In this document: piece after piece, positions 44,880 through 54,121 of the stretch
Layout: every line of letters starts with the position of its first letter
How positions within the stretch are numbered: position 1 is the first letter of the stretch
Assembly (NCBI GenBank): GCA_029240055.1
Contig: JARBTT010000002.1
Location: forward strand, 1-59,148
Length of the DNA: 59,148 nucleotides
Origin: Massilibacillus sp.
GTDB lineage: Bacteria; Bacillota; Negativicutes; JARBTT01
Direction of reading: 5' to 3'
Made by a program: the position numbers and the translations under genes
Notes under the pieces: generated by a model
What the model was told of the DNA's origin: nothing
Seen by the model: only the letters and a program-made list of their open reading frames with translations
The model's database searches: none

Positions 44880-45038
44880 TCAATAATCGAATTTCCCAAT
44901 TTCCCCACGTTTTACCGCAAACTTATCGCAATATTCAAACTTATTATAGGTTTGACCGTTACTTACTTTGCCCTCTGTACATATATTTTGATATTTGCAG
45001 TTGCCACATGATTTGCATAATATTAGTTTATTTTTCAT
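44880..45038 (-). CDS. Cys-rich mini-protein (52 aa)
   Basis: MKNKLILCKSCGNCKYQNICTEGKVSNGQTYNKFEYCDKF... ATGA overlap with the upstream stop. Confidence 0.45.
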   Translation of the reverse strand: MKNKLILCKSCGNCKYQNICTEGKVSNGQTYNKFEYCDKFAVKRGEIGKFDY

Positions 45039-45970
45039 ATGCTAGTGTTGTCTCCTTTGTAGAGTTTAGCGAACTTCCACGCACTAAAAAAATCATAATA
45101 ATTTTCTAAAGGTGCTGTGAATGATGTATATCCATTATGCCATGCATATATTAAACCATTTTCATATTTTGCAAAATGCCTTCTTTCCCATTTTATATTG
45201 TCCATACTAACTAATATTTTTGAATCTGCTTCGACTTTACTCCAATCAAAAGCATCACGTTCCCACACTAACTCAAGCGAATCATAATTACCGTTCAGCA
45301 CTTCGATTAGGTTGTTGGTTGTGTAGATTTTTGCTATGTCCATATCTTCGGTTAACGATTGGTGTATCAAGTTAACGTCATAACTATTGATTTGATAACA
45401 ATGTCCTTGCTCGATACTTGCGATTATTTGTTTTTGTACTACACCTTTATCGCCATCTCTCATTTCAACAATCATCCCAACCCTTAAATCGTCTTTTGTA
45501 AATGTTGGTTTGTCTTGTTGTAGGTCGCTTGCTGTAAAAGTAGCTTTATTAAATCTAATATAACTCGATGAGATAAAAACCATTCCATCTGTATTGTTTT
45601 CTACACCTTGCGTAAAATCTTTATTTGCTTCAAATATTATCGACATATTATACATTGCTTTATCACCATCACACCATTTGATATTTTGTGTATCGCACCA
45701 TTCCATCAATGCCTTAAAATCTTCGAATGTAGGTGTATATAATATTACTTCACCTTTTTTAAATTGTTCTAGCAGTTTGTTATTCATTTTTTTTAATTTC
45801 CTCCCCATGATATCAATCCAATATGGATATCTAGAAAACACCCATAACGGAGCAATAAAAGCATATAAAAGTTTAATATTTTTTATTTTGTGATTGATAA
45901 CAAAATTAGCTATTGTTCCAACCGTAAAGCTAAAATATAGCACTAACCCAACAACTATCATGAAATCCAT
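45035..45970 (-). CDS. hypothetical protein with N-terminal TM segments
   Basis: 311-aa ORF. Confidence 0.6.
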   Translation of the reverse strand: MDFMIVVGLVLYFSFTVGTIANFVINHKIKNIKLLYAFIAPLWVFSRYPYWIDIMGRKLKKMNNKLLEQFKKGEVILYTPTFEDFKALMEWCDTQNIKWCDGDKAMYNMSIIFEANKDFTQGVENNTDGMVFISSSYIRFNKATFTASDLQQDKPTFTKDDLRVGMIVEMRDGDKGVVQKQIIASIEQGHCYQINSYDVNLIHQSLTEDMDIAKIYTTNNLIEVLNGNYDSLELVWERDAFDWSKVEADSKILVSMDNIKWERRHFAKYENGLIYAWHNGYTSFTAPLENYYDFFSAWKFAKLYKGDNTSI

Positions 45971-45972
45971 GG

Positions 45973-46335
45973 TTACACCGCCTTTGTCGATGTTGTGTTA
46001 TTTAATAATCCGCTATAATACTCACGATATAACTCAATCCAAAATTCTAACGGCATTGTTACAAGCCATTCGCAATTGCTCCGCTTATGGAATACTGCTG
46101 GCAAATTACCTGTACTACAATCGCTTTTAGCTTGATTTACCGCATCATAAATATTTAACTTTTCAACAAATTTACATTCAATGTGTATTTTTGGCAATCC
46201 GATCACATCCGCTGATTCTCCACCCTTACCGCAAAACTGCTGTGTACGTCTGCAATCGAATCCATGTTCTTTTAATGCCTTTACAAGCAATAATTCTCCC
46301 CGCTTGCCTTTGTTCTTGCTATTAATTTTACTCAT
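45973..46335 (-). CDS. Holliday-junction-resolvase-like PD-(D/E)XK nuclease (Hjc-type)
   Basis: NKGKRGE ... ADVIG ... IECK arrangement. Confidence 0.55.
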   Translation of the reverse strand: MSKINSKNKGKRGELLLVKALKEHGFDCRRTQQFCGKGGESADVIGLPKIHIECKFVEKLNIYDAVNQAKSDCSTGNLPAVFHKRSNCEWLVTMPLEFWIELYREYYSGLLNNTTSTKAV

Positions 46336-46376
46336 TTAATTGCCACCTTTGCAGGGAATGTCCCCTGCGTTTTTAT

Positions 46377-46631
46377 TTATTTCAATTCTTCATTCCAATT
46401 TTTATCAAAATCTTCATATGCCTTACTTGGTGATTTTCCGAATCCTGCGACACCTTCTTGTAAATTGTCACCGTACAACGCGCACCACATATTGCCGTCA
46501 ATTGTTAAATTTGGTTTGTAAATTGTGCTTGGTCTTGTTGCTTGATAGCCGATATCTTGATAATAAATTTTCATTTGGAACTCTTCTTGGTTATACCGTT
46601 CATTCCAGTATTCTTCTTCTGTTTTAATCAT
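46377..46631 (-). CDS. hypothetical protein
   Basis: 84-aa ORF. Confidence 0.55.
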   Translation of the reverse strand: MIKTEEEYWNERYNQEEFQMKIYYQDIGYQATRPSTIYKPNLTIDGNMWCALYGDNLQEGVAGFGKSPSKAYEDFDKNWNEELK

Positions 46632-46644
46632 TTTAAATCACTCC

Positions 46645-47223
46645 TTATGCTAATTCTCTATAAGCTTCACGCCCATACTTGCAATAAACCTTATTCCTAA
46701 ATTCACTATGACGACTCTTTTCGGTTGTTAAATCTCTTTCTAGTCTAGAAATACGAGTTCTTTGCCTAGTCAATAAATCAACATCTTGACTATTTATTGC
46801 TTTTTCTACATCGCGTGATAACGACCGTATCATGTATGATTTTAAATTTTCCTTGTCAACCTCTTTATTACGTTTTGGTTTTTTTATACACACAAAATCA
46901 TCAAATCCATATTCTGATCTTCGTTTTGTGTATACGCCTATTTCCTTTGGTATTTCGTCTTTTACCTGCTCGTACAACTCTATTGGCATAACATAATAAT
47001 TAAAATCACCAACGAAATTATGACCGTTTTTGCTATGAAAATCTGACTTAGAAACTTTAATTTCATAGCACCTAATAACATTTTTCGTATCATAAGTCAT
47101 ATAGTCTACACGTCCACCGTTTCCAAACCATCCAATTGACACTTCAAAGCAGCCGAACGTCCCCATTTTCACCGTATGGCTATAGATTAATTTTTCAAGT
47201 TCTAAAGTTTGCTGTGTTTTCAT
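46645..47223 (-). CDS. MmcB-like PD-(D/E)XK nuclease
   Basis: GRVDYMTY ... CYEIKVSKSDFHS ... NYYVMP, as in the MmcB/DUF1052 family. Confidence 0.55.
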   Translation of the reverse strand: MKTQQTLELEKLIYSHTVKMGTFGCFEVSIGWFGNGGRVDYMTYDTKNVIRCYEIKVSKSDFHSKNGHNFVGDFNYYVMPIELYEQVKDEIPKEIGVYTKRRSEYGFDDFVCIKKPKRNKEVDKENLKSYMIRSLSRDVEKAINSQDVDLLTRQRTRISRLERDLTTEKSRHSEFRNKVYCKYGREAYRELA

Positions 47224-47234
47224 AGTTTAATTAC

Positions 47235-47438
47235 CTAACATGCACTAGTTTCTATATAGAAATCAATAATTTGTGGCAAAAGATGTGAGTTTAATTCGCT
47301 CCAATGCTTTCCTGAGTCTTTTAGGATTTTATCTAATTTCCAATTAACTTTACGAACTTGACTTACAATTTTATCAAATTCATCTCTTGTTAATTTATTA
47401 TCTTCTAAAAATTTATCTATTTCTAAATATGTTGCCAT
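47235..47438 (-). CDS. hypothetical protein
   Basis: 67-aa ORF. Confidence 0.55.
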   Translation of the reverse strand: MATYLEIDKFLEDNKLTRDEFDKIVSQVRKVNWKLDKILKDSGKHWSELNSHLLPQIIDFYIETSAC

Positions 47439-47465
47439 CTTAAATCTCTCCTTAAATTTTATAGA

Positions 47466-47861
47466 TCAAAAAGGTATATCGGTATCGTCTGGAATAATTT
47501 CACTACCGAACGAATTTGCCCCACTATTATCTGCTTGTCCATCACTCGGTTTTGATTGTTTACTGCCCATAAACTCAATATTTTGAGCGATTACCTCTGT
47601 CACATAACGTTTTTGACCGTCTTGTGTTTCATAATTACGAACTTGAATGCGACCTTCAACTAAGATTTGGCTGCCTTTTAGCAGATTATTGCCAACAATT
47701 TCAGCCAATTTTTCCCACGCTACACAATTTATAAAGTCAGCTTCATTATTTTTACCATAACGGGTTACCGCTAATGTAAAAGTAGCATTTGCTTTGCCTG
47801 ATTGTGTATAGCGTACTTCTGGATCACGTGCTAGACGACCAACTAGGATTACTTTATTCAT
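47466..47861 (-). CDS. ssb: single-stranded DNA-binding protein
   Basis: MNKVILVGRLARDPEVRYT OB-fold start and an acidic C-terminal DDTDIPF tail. Confidence 0.95.
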   Translation of the reverse strand: MNKVILVGRLARDPEVRYTQSGKANATFTLAVTRYGKNNEADFINCVAWEKLAEIVGNNLLKGSQILVEGRIQVRNYETQDGQKRYVTEVIAQNIEFMGSKQSKPSDGQADNSGANSFGSEIIPDDTDIPF

Positions 47862-47863
47862 AA

Positions 47864-48259
47864 TTATTTTTCCTCCAATAAGTTTATTTTTGTAACATTT
47901 TTAATTGTAAAAGCCTGTGATTTGATATTGTGCTTTTCAACCCATTTGTTAAATGTTTCTTCTAGCATTAGTTCTAAATCTATCTCTTGTTCATTGGTTA
48001 AACTGTTGAAAAAATTTTCTGAATATCCAGAGTCGCCACTATCTATTTCGTCTATAGACTCGCCAACCGATTCAATTATGCCGTCTATATCAATACAGCA
48101 AGGTACTGGTTCTTGCTTTATTTGACCTACATATAAATTTCCCCATTTTTCATCCTTAGCGTATTCTATGCCTGCTTTAATCGCTTCTTTTTTTGTACTA
48201 AATTCATCATAACCCCACATACCCTCTTCTTGGCTGTTAAATGTCCATTGATTTTCCAT
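47864..48259 (-). CDS. hypothetical acidic protein
   Basis: 131-aa ORF. Confidence 0.6.
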   Translation of the reverse strand: MENQWTFNSQEEGMWGYDEFSTKKEAIKAGIEYAKDEKWGNLYVGQIKQEPVPCCIDIDGIIESVGESIDEIDSGDSGYSENFFNSLTNEQEIDLELMLEETFNKWVEKHNIKSQAFTIKNVTKINLLEEK

Positions 48260-48433
48260 TTATTTGTCCTCACTTTCTTTCGTCGCATATAGCAATTCAA
48301 AACCTTCCGCTAACTTCGTGCTTGCTGGGAAATATTGAACACTGCCAAACTCTGTGTAAACTGCGATTATTTCCATGTTTGTCTCTATCTTTAACTTTTC
48401 TGCTTGTGCTTCTATTGCTGACTGGTTAATCAT
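48260..48433 (-). CDS. hypothetical protein (57 aa)
   Basis: MINQSAIEAQAEKLKIETNMEIIAVYTEFGSVQYF.. by hand translation. Confidence 0.45.
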   Translation of the reverse strand: MINQSAIEAQAEKLKIETNMEIIAVYTEFGSVQYFPASTKLAEGFELLYATKESEDK

Positions 48434-48581
48434 TACCGATCACTTTCTTTCTAATGTCTTGCAACTCATTTAAATATGACAATATCTCTGCTACTGCATT
48501 TTTAGAAAATTGTACTACGTCTATGTTTTTTCGTTCTTCTAGGTTGTAAATCATATTTTTCAAATCATGATCTCTTAGCAT
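48426..48581 (-). CDS. hypothetical protein (51 aa)
   Basis: MLRDHDLKNMIYNLEERKNIDVVQFSKNAVAEILSYLNELQDIRKKVIGND. Confidence 0.4.
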   Translation of the reverse strand: MLRDHDLKNMIYNLEERKNIDVVQFSKNAVAEILSYLNELQDIRKKVIGND

Positions 48582-48598
48582 TTATTTCACCTACTATT

Positions 48599-48748
48599 TT
48601 AAATACTTAATAATCTTTTTAGTGCTTTTTCACGTTTTTCTAATTGCTCTATGTACTCAATCAATTCATTGATACATTGTTCTGCACCAATCCTACCCAT
48701 TTCATCAATAGTCATATTCTTAAATCTTTCTATATCCGGAATTTCCAA
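48599..48748 (-). CDS. hypothetical protein (49 aa)
   Basis: TTG start after GGTGAGG. (M)EIPDIERFKNMTIDEMGRIGAEQCINELIEYIEQLEKREKALKRLLSI. Confidence 0.35.
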   Translation of the reverse strand: MEIPDIERFKNMTIDEMGRIGAEQCINELIEYIEQLEKREKALKRLLSI

Positions 48749-48753
48749 TTACC

Positions 48754-48924
48754 TCACCTCTTCACAATCGTTCTCATGATCCTATCCTTCGTTTCACTGC
48801 CAAACTTTTTGTACTTTTTACGCTCTTGATACTCGCCAAATTTGCAATAAATGTACGCTAGGAATATTACTGTTGTTAGTATTTTAATTGCTGTTAAAAA
48901 CACGGTTAATAATTCATCTATCAT
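48754..48924 (-). CDS. small membrane protein (56 aa)
   Basis: MIDELLTVFLTAIKILTTVIFLAYIYCKFGEYQERKK.. Confidence 0.4.
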   Translation of the reverse strand: MIDELLTVFLTAIKILTTVIFLAYIYCKFGEYQERKKYKKFGSETKDRIMRTIVKR

Positions 48925-49164
48925 CAAAATGATCTCCTTTGCGAAATTTACATATAACCTTTTTCTTTTTATCGCTGATTATAATTAAACTATCGTCATC
49001 TTCTTTCATATCTAATTCAAATGCCATACATGCCCCAACTAATACACCTTTTGCATATGTATAGCTAGTTGCGTTTTCTCTGTTATATACTTCGTTTTTT
49101 CGCTTTCAATTATATAGTTTGATGCTAATGCATATAATAAATCTTTTCTTTCATCTACTGTCAT
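48914..49164 (-). pseudogene. small gene interrupted by a frame change at an A6 run (error, pseudogene or recoding)
   Basis: Frame 1 reads MTVDERKDLLYALASNYIIESEK.. and stops at 49039. The adjacent frame stays open from the A-run (plus-strand T6 at 49095-49100) to 48914 (..NATSYTYAKGVLVGACMAFELDMKEDDD..). Confidence 0.35.
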
Positions 49165-49322
49165 TCATCCTCACCTGCCAATGATTTTTGCCAACACTCT
49201 TTACAGTCTCCATCACATTCGCCTTGTTTTTCTATTCCAGCATCATTTGGACAAAGTGGGATATCTTCATCATTGGCAATTGTTTCAATCAACTGGTCTA
49301 CTAATTTATCACTGTATTTCAT
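49161..49322 (-). CDS. Cys-rich mini-protein (53 aa)
   Basis: MKYSDKLVDQLIETIANDEDIPLCPNDAGIEKQGECDGDCKECWQKSLAGEDE. Confidence 0.45.
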   Translation of the reverse strand: MKYSDKLVDQLIETIANDEDIPLCPNDAGIEKQGECDGDCKECWQKSLAGEDE

Positions 49323-49326
49323 TTAA

Positions 49327-49575
49327 TCAGCTCCAATCAATTTTTTGACCGCAAAATTTACAATATTTTTCATCCCCATTTAGTTCAGCTAAGCAAATTG
49401 TACAAATACAACCAGATAGTGAGTGTTTTCTTTTAATTACTTTCACCGCTACTTGTTTTTTTAACGCTAATAATATAGTTTTATACGCTTGCTTAATGCT
49501 AGAATCCATCAATTTATCTTCATTGTTTTTTATCTGAATTTTTATGTAGTTTATTGCAGTTTGTATTTCGCTCAT
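49327..49575 (-). CDS. hypothetical protein with C-terminal zinc ribbon
   Basis: CICTIC ... CKFCG. Confidence 0.55.
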   Translation of the reverse strand: MSEIQTAINYIKIQIKNNEDKLMDSSIKQAYKTILLALKKQVAVKVIKRKHSLSGCICTICLAELNGDEKYCKFCGQKIDWS

Positions 49576-49586
49576 TTAATCAGCTC

Positions 49587-49856
49587 CTATTCATTCCAAC
49601 GCTTGCTAAATATTTCATAGTAAACGTCTTTACAATCGGCAAAGTTATCACAATCAAAATAAAAACTATCACATATATTGCAATTATTCCGGTCATCTTT
49701 ATCATTGGCATTATATTCTTTAAACTCTTTATCGCTACATTCACACAACGCACCGATAAACATGTCATACTTAGTGTAATATATAATAGGTCTGCTCATT
49801 AAATCGTTATATATTTCTATCACTTGTTGTCTTGATTTAGGTATTGTGTAATTCAT
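49587..49856 (-). CDS. Cys-rich hypothetical protein
   Basis: The MNYTIPK start is preferred. CEC..CNIC..CDNFADC. Confidence 0.5.
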   Translation of the reverse strand: MNYTIPKSRQQVIEIYNDLMSRPIIYYTKYDMFIGALCECSDKEFKEYNANDKDDRNNCNICDSFYFDCDNFADCKDVYYEIFSKRWNE

Positions 49857-50040
49857 TATTATCACGTTCCTTTATTGCTTGTTCTCCAAATATTTTTATT
49901 TCACATTCATTACAAAATTCTGGATTGATCGGTCTGCCCATACAGCCGCAATCTTTACCACTACAGCAATATTCTGGTTCATAATCATCTTCTACTTTTA
50001 TTTCGCAACCGCAAGCTACACATTTCCAATCTTTCATCAT
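49837..50040 (-). CDS. Cys-rich mini-protein
   Basis: CVACGC..CCSGKDCGC..CNEC. Confidence 0.5.
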   Translation of the reverse strand: MMKDWKCVACGCEIKVEDDYEPEYCCSGKDCGCMGRPINPEFCNECEIKIFGEQAIKERDNNELHNT

Positions 50041-50564
50041 TTAACCTCGCTTTGAAGTTGTTTCTTTATTTCTTCCGCTAATCTAGGTAATAATTCTTTA
50101 GCAAATTCCATTTCATCTAATCCGTATGATTTACGATAAAATTCACAAACATCATCAATTTCCGTTTCATCATAAAATCTTGTGAAATTTACATCTGTTT
50201 CAAGCCATTCGTTATCTTTTAGCAAGTCCCATTCTCTACGTGCTTCTTCTTTTGCAAAGCTACCATCCCTACGTAATTCAATAATTAATTCTTTTATGTC
50301 TTTGCATGTTTGCTCTCCGTCATATTCTTTTTTCGCGACTTTTCCTAGTACATAACCGGGATTATTTGATATTTCAATTACAAATTCTCTAAAATCATCA
50401 CTGCCAAAACTACTCCACATAAAAGCATAATTACCGTAGTCCGTAACCGCCGAGAAATATCCTTTTTCATCGATAATGAATATTCCCCAACCTTTCCTTT
50501 CAGTGTTAGGTAGGTAATATCTCCATATTTTTATATCATTACTTTTAGGTTGTAATTCACTCAT
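50037..50564 (-). CDS. hypothetical protein
   Basis: ATG at 50564 after GAGGTGA. About 175 aa. Confidence 0.6.
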   Translation of the reverse strand: MSELQPKSNDIKIWRYYLPNTERKGWGIFIIDEKGYFSAVTDYGNYAFMWSSFGSDDFREFVIEISNNPGYVLGKVAKKEYDGEQTCKDIKELIIELRRDGSFAKEEARREWDLLKDNEWLETDVNFTRFYDETEIDDVCEFYRKSYGLDEMEFAKELLPRLAEEIKKQLQSEVK

Positions 50565-50677
50565 TTGTTTCACCTCAAATTAGTTTTAAATCACTTATTT
50601 TATGCTCGTCCATATAAGTATGCTAGTCGTGCATATTTTGTTTGATGTTGGGGAAACTAGGTGGGGTATGTTTTATT

Positions 50678-50965
50678 TTATGGTTTACTGTAGTACCCTG
50701 TTTCTATTCTTTCTAGAGTTCGCTGGATTTTTTGTTGCTTAACTTCTTCAACATATTGATTAATTCCAATTAAATATTTAAGTTGTGATAAACATATTTC
50801 TAAATCTGCTATTTCTTCTGTTAAATGTTCTAAATTTTTAACATTTTTATTGTTATGATATTCTTCTAAAGCTTCCAAAAATTCTTCTGCTTCTTCTATT
50901 GTCTTTGACTTTTGATTATCATATTTAAAATGATTTGCTATTGTTTTTAGGTCTTTATCGATCAT
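50678..50965 (-). CDS. MazG-like nucleotide pyrophosphohydrolase
   Basis: EEAEEFLEAL ... EEIADLEICLSQL four-helix NTP-PPase signature. Confidence 0.7.
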   Translation of the reverse strand: MIDKDLKTIANHFKYDNQKSKTIEEAEEFLEALEEYHNNKNVKNLEHLTEEIADLEICLSQLKYLIGINQYVEEVKQQKIQRTLERIETGYYSKP

Positions 50966-51264
50966 TTATTTACCTCCAAATAATTTACAACCCTATCTAT
51001 TGATTTAGCATAATTAATTTCATTCATCGTACTTTCACCAATGTATCCACCAACATTAATAACAAATATTTCATCTGAACATTTTATTTTTTCTATATGT
51101 AACTTATCTAGCATTTCTTTTGTTTCTGTAGTTAATTCAATGTTATCTGCATGTCCAAATAATCCAACTGATAAAACCATATTTCCCTGTAAAGTTAATT
51201 TTCTGTTTGCATCTTCAAATTCTTTTTTAAATTTTGTGGAACCGCATAATGTAATTATTTTCAT
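50962..51264 (-). CDS. nucleoside 2-deoxyribosyltransferase-like Rossmann protein (weak)
   Basis: MKIITLCGSTKF.. start after GGGAGG. Function recalled only loosely. Confidence 0.35.
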   Translation of the reverse strand: MKIITLCGSTKFKKEFEDANRKLTLQGNMVLSVGLFGHADNIELTTETKEMLDKLHIEKIKCSDEIFVINVGGYIGESTMNEINYAKSIDRVVNYLEVNK

Positions 51265-51265
51265 T

Positions 51266-51718
51266 TTATTTACCTCCCTCATTCCAATATGGGCATTTAC
51301 CGCCATCCTCACTGATCGGCACATCATACTTTATAAACATGTCTCGCAAACTACATTTATCTGGCTGTCGGCAACCTTTGCAACATTCTTGCACATAATA
51401 TTCAACTAGTTTATAAAAATCGTCTCGTTCCACTTCTACCGTTCGCACATCGTTTCTAACTTCACCTTTTCTGATGATGTGCATCTTTGCAGTTTTCCAC
51501 GAATTTAATCTATTAACTAGCAATTTACCCTGTTTCTTATCAAGTTCACTGCAAATTGATATGTACGCCTTGTCGGTATAGGTTACTGCCATACTTACAG
51601 ATCGTTTGGTTTCTGCCGACCAATCCTTGTCGATTCTGGACCGCATTTCTTTTAGATTGCCGCACATATATCCCATTACGCCTAAGTCATTTATGCCTTG
51701 TGAGTTTAGGTATTTCAA
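51266..51718 (-). CDS. hypothetical Cys-containing protein
   Basis: 150-aa ORF. Confidence 0.6.
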   Translation of the reverse strand: MKYLNSQGINDLGVMGYMCGNLKEMRSRIDKDWSAETKRSVSMAVTYTDKAYISICSELDKKQGKLLVNRLNSWKTAKMHIIRKGEVRNDVRTVEVERDDFYKLVEYYVQECCKGCRQPDKCSLRDMFIKYDVPISEDGGKCPYWNEGGK

Positions 51719-51743
51719 TTTTTATCACCGCCTTAGTAAGCAA

Positions 51744-52160
51744 TTATGCTCCATATTCTCTAATAACATTTCCTTTGCTATCAAAATATTTTGTTTTATA
51801 CCATGGGTGGCAATTGTCTATATAACATGTTCCGTCCTTAACTACATTAAGGTTTAGCCCTCTATTACTACCAACAATAGTCCCCATCTTACCGCAAACT
51901 TCAATTTTCATTCCCATGTAAGCAAAAGGTATATCACGCATTCCTTTCATCCTGTCAAATTGTTCTTTATCGCCAAATAAATCTTTTGGTTTGAATTTAC
52001 CTAATGCTTTACATTTTATAAATCCTAAGAATTCTTTAAATGTGCAATTAAAACAATCTGACAGTTCTAAAAATAAATTATATTTAGCTTTACCAGCTGT
52101 TTCAGCACTAACATTCCTCGTGTGACCATCATAGTTAAATACTATTTCATAGGTATTCAT
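51744..52160 (-). CDS. hypothetical protein
   Basis: 138-aa ORF. Confidence 0.6.
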   Translation of the reverse strand: MNTYEIVFNYDGHTRNVSAETAGKAKYNLFLELSDCFNCTFKEFLGFIKCKALGKFKPKDLFGDKEQFDRMKGMRDIPFAYMGMKIEVCGKMGTIVGSNRGLNLNVVKDGTCYIDNCHPWYKTKYFDSKGNVIREYGA

Positions 52161-52706
52161 TTACTTTATTCCTCCAATCTTTTTAGTTACATTACCAACC
52201 AACTCTGCCGTTTTATTTTTACCGCCCATTATCTGAATGACGTTGTTATTTATACGATCTTCTTTTTTACGCTTGCATACGCTTTCATACATTCGTAAAA
52301 ACTGTGCTCTAGCCGTTCCTATTTGGTCAGTAGGAGTTTCACATAGTCCAATCCATCCCATTGCTAAAGCTGCCGTTTTAATCTCTTGTGTTGAAAATTT
52401 AGGTTCTTTATAGACGAATGCTTCTTGCATCTGCTTCTGGACTTCATTCCATGCTTCATCCGGTGATTTAACTTTTGTTTTTGTGGCAACTTGTACCATT
52501 TCATTAGATACTTCCATGATTTCAGCAATACTAGGGAAGAATTTACATGTACGCATACACTTTAAAACGCCAGCTTTTAGCTCATGTTCCGATAACTCCG
52601 ACAAAACCGTTGCGTACAGGTTCATGTTATCCTCATTCATTCCCGATCTAGAAAAAGCTAGTATCAATGGTGCTAGTATCTTTAATGTTTGTTTCTGCTC
52701 CATCAT
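52161..52706 (-). CDS. possible helicase-loader (G39P-like) protein
   Basis: Lies directly after the replisome organizer. ..CKFFPSIAEIMEV.. style. Weak assignment. Confidence 0.35.
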   Translation of the reverse strand: MMEQKQTLKILAPLILAFSRSGMNEDNMNLYATVLSELSEHELKAGVLKCMRTCKFFPSIAEIMEVSNEMVQVATKTKVKSPDEAWNEVQKQMQEAFVYKEPKFSTQEIKTAALAMGWIGLCETPTDQIGTARAQFLRMYESVCKRKKEDRINNNVIQIMGGKNKTAELVGNVTKKIGGIK

Positions 52707-53508
52707 CTTCTCCTAACAGATTTTTAATCATATCTAGCTGGCTTTGGGGCTTATTATTGGGCTTATTGCTGGCTAGTTGATTAAGGTATCCATCAAATTT
52801 ATTACCAAACAGTGTTTCTGGTCTTAAAAATTTAGCTTGTTCTGTGTTTAGCCATTCCGTAGCCTTTTTATCAATAACCATTTTAAAATCATCAAGCGTA
52901 TACTTTTCATTCCATCTAGCACGAATATGTTTTTTATGGCTTTCTGCTGTGTGTTTATAGTTCGTTCCACACACTTGATTTAGATGGTCGATAATTTCAC
53001 GGAACGGTATATATATCTCTTTATCTTCTTCTTTTTCTATCTCTATATCTTTATCTATATCTGTGTCGTGACTGTCAAAGACTTGTCCTGACTTGTCATT
53101 GACGTTTTTAGAGGATAAAAGGCGTTGTTTTTCTCTTGATTTTTTCTTTGCTAATCGGTTATGTTCCCTTATTTCTTCTAGCTTTGCAGCGTTTTGGTGT
53201 TCTTCCCAACCGATAACACATATAAACCCTTGTCCATCAACTTCTATCATTTTTAAATATTCAAAAGTTTTAAAAGCAAGGTCAACTATGCTCGGTTGTA
53301 GTCCAAATTCATTAGCAAAGGTTTGACATTCGTAAGGAACATTTTCAGTCAAGAAGATAAACCCATTAGCATTACAGCGACCAGCTTTGACCAATACCAT
53401 TATCCATATAAGCAATATGTCATTTCCTTGCGGCAAATTACGAATATACTTAATTTTTGCGTTATCAAACATATCCGTATTCATTTTTATCCATGTTACT
53501 TGTGCCAA
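52648..53508 (-). CDS. phage replisome organizer (N-terminal organizer domain plus conserved phage C-terminus)
   Basis: WIKMNTDMFDNAKIKYIRNLPQGNDILLIW.. and ..HLNQVCGTNYKHT..HIRARWNE..FKMVIDKK..W..FLRPETLFGNKFDGY. Confidence 0.75.
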   Translation of the reverse strand: MAQVTWIKMNTDMFDNAKIKYIRNLPQGNDILLIWIMVLVKAGRCNANGFIFLTENVPYECQTFANEFGLQPSIVDLAFKTFEYLKMIEVDGQGFICVIGWEEHQNAAKLEEIREHNRLAKKKSREKQRLLSSKNVNDKSGQVFDSHDTDIDKDIEIEKEEDKEIYIPFREIIDHLNQVCGTNYKHTAESHKKHIRARWNEKYTLDDFKMVIDKKATEWLNTEQAKFLRPETLFGNKFDGYLNQLASNKPNNKPQSQLDMIKNLLGEDDGAETNIKDTSTIDTSFF

Positions 53509-53537
53509 GTTATCACCACGCTTTCAAACTTGTGTTT

Positions 53538-53852
53538 TTAAAATAATACTGCACCGCACAATCTGCAATAATCATAATCGGGTTCTTTTACGCATTCACC
53601 GGGTATGTAACGCCATTCAGTATCAATAAACTTTTCTGGATGTATACACTTATCTGTAAATTTTACATACCGTTCACTATGGTGATTGCCGTAATAATTA
53701 CATTTGGCGCATACTTTATATTGCCACGCATAAACCTTATCGTCTTCCGTGAATACTTTGCGCTTAGTGTAATAAACATCACCTTTTATAATCTGTTTAC
53801 CGCATTCATCACAGCCGTTTTTATGCTTTTTGATGGCGATTAAGCGTTTCAT
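53538..53852 (-). CDS. Cys-rich zinc-finger protein
   Basis: CDECG, CAKC and CRLCG pairs. Confidence 0.55.
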   Translation of the reverse strand: MKRLIAIKKHKNGCDECGKQIIKGDVYYTKRKVFTEDDKVYAWQYKVCAKCNYYGNHHSERYVKFTDKCIHPEKFIDTEWRYIPGECVKEPDYDYCRLCGAVLF

Positions 53853-53864
53853 TTATTCACCTTC

Positions 53865-54062
53865 TCAATTCCTCTCAAACGTTACATACATCTGTATAAT
53901 TTTCAAGGTTTCTGCTTGACTTTTCGATGTTTTCATATGCTCCAACATTTTCTCTAATTCTTTCTGGTTGCCGCTTTCGATCAATGCGTTTCGTGCAATT
54001 GTGTACGCTGTAAAATTGTCCATCTTTTTGAGTGAGTTGTTGTATTTTACGGTTGGCTTCAT
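53865..54062 (-). CDS. hypothetical protein
   Basis: 65-aa ORF. Confidence 0.5.
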   Translation of the reverse strand: MKPTVKYNNSLKKMDNFTAYTIARNALIESGNQKELEKMLEHMKTSKSQAETLKIIQMYVTFERN

Positions 54063-54121
54063 GTAATCACTCCGTATAAAATTTATTTTTGTGGGAAGGC
54101 TAGAATTAACTAGCCTATAAA

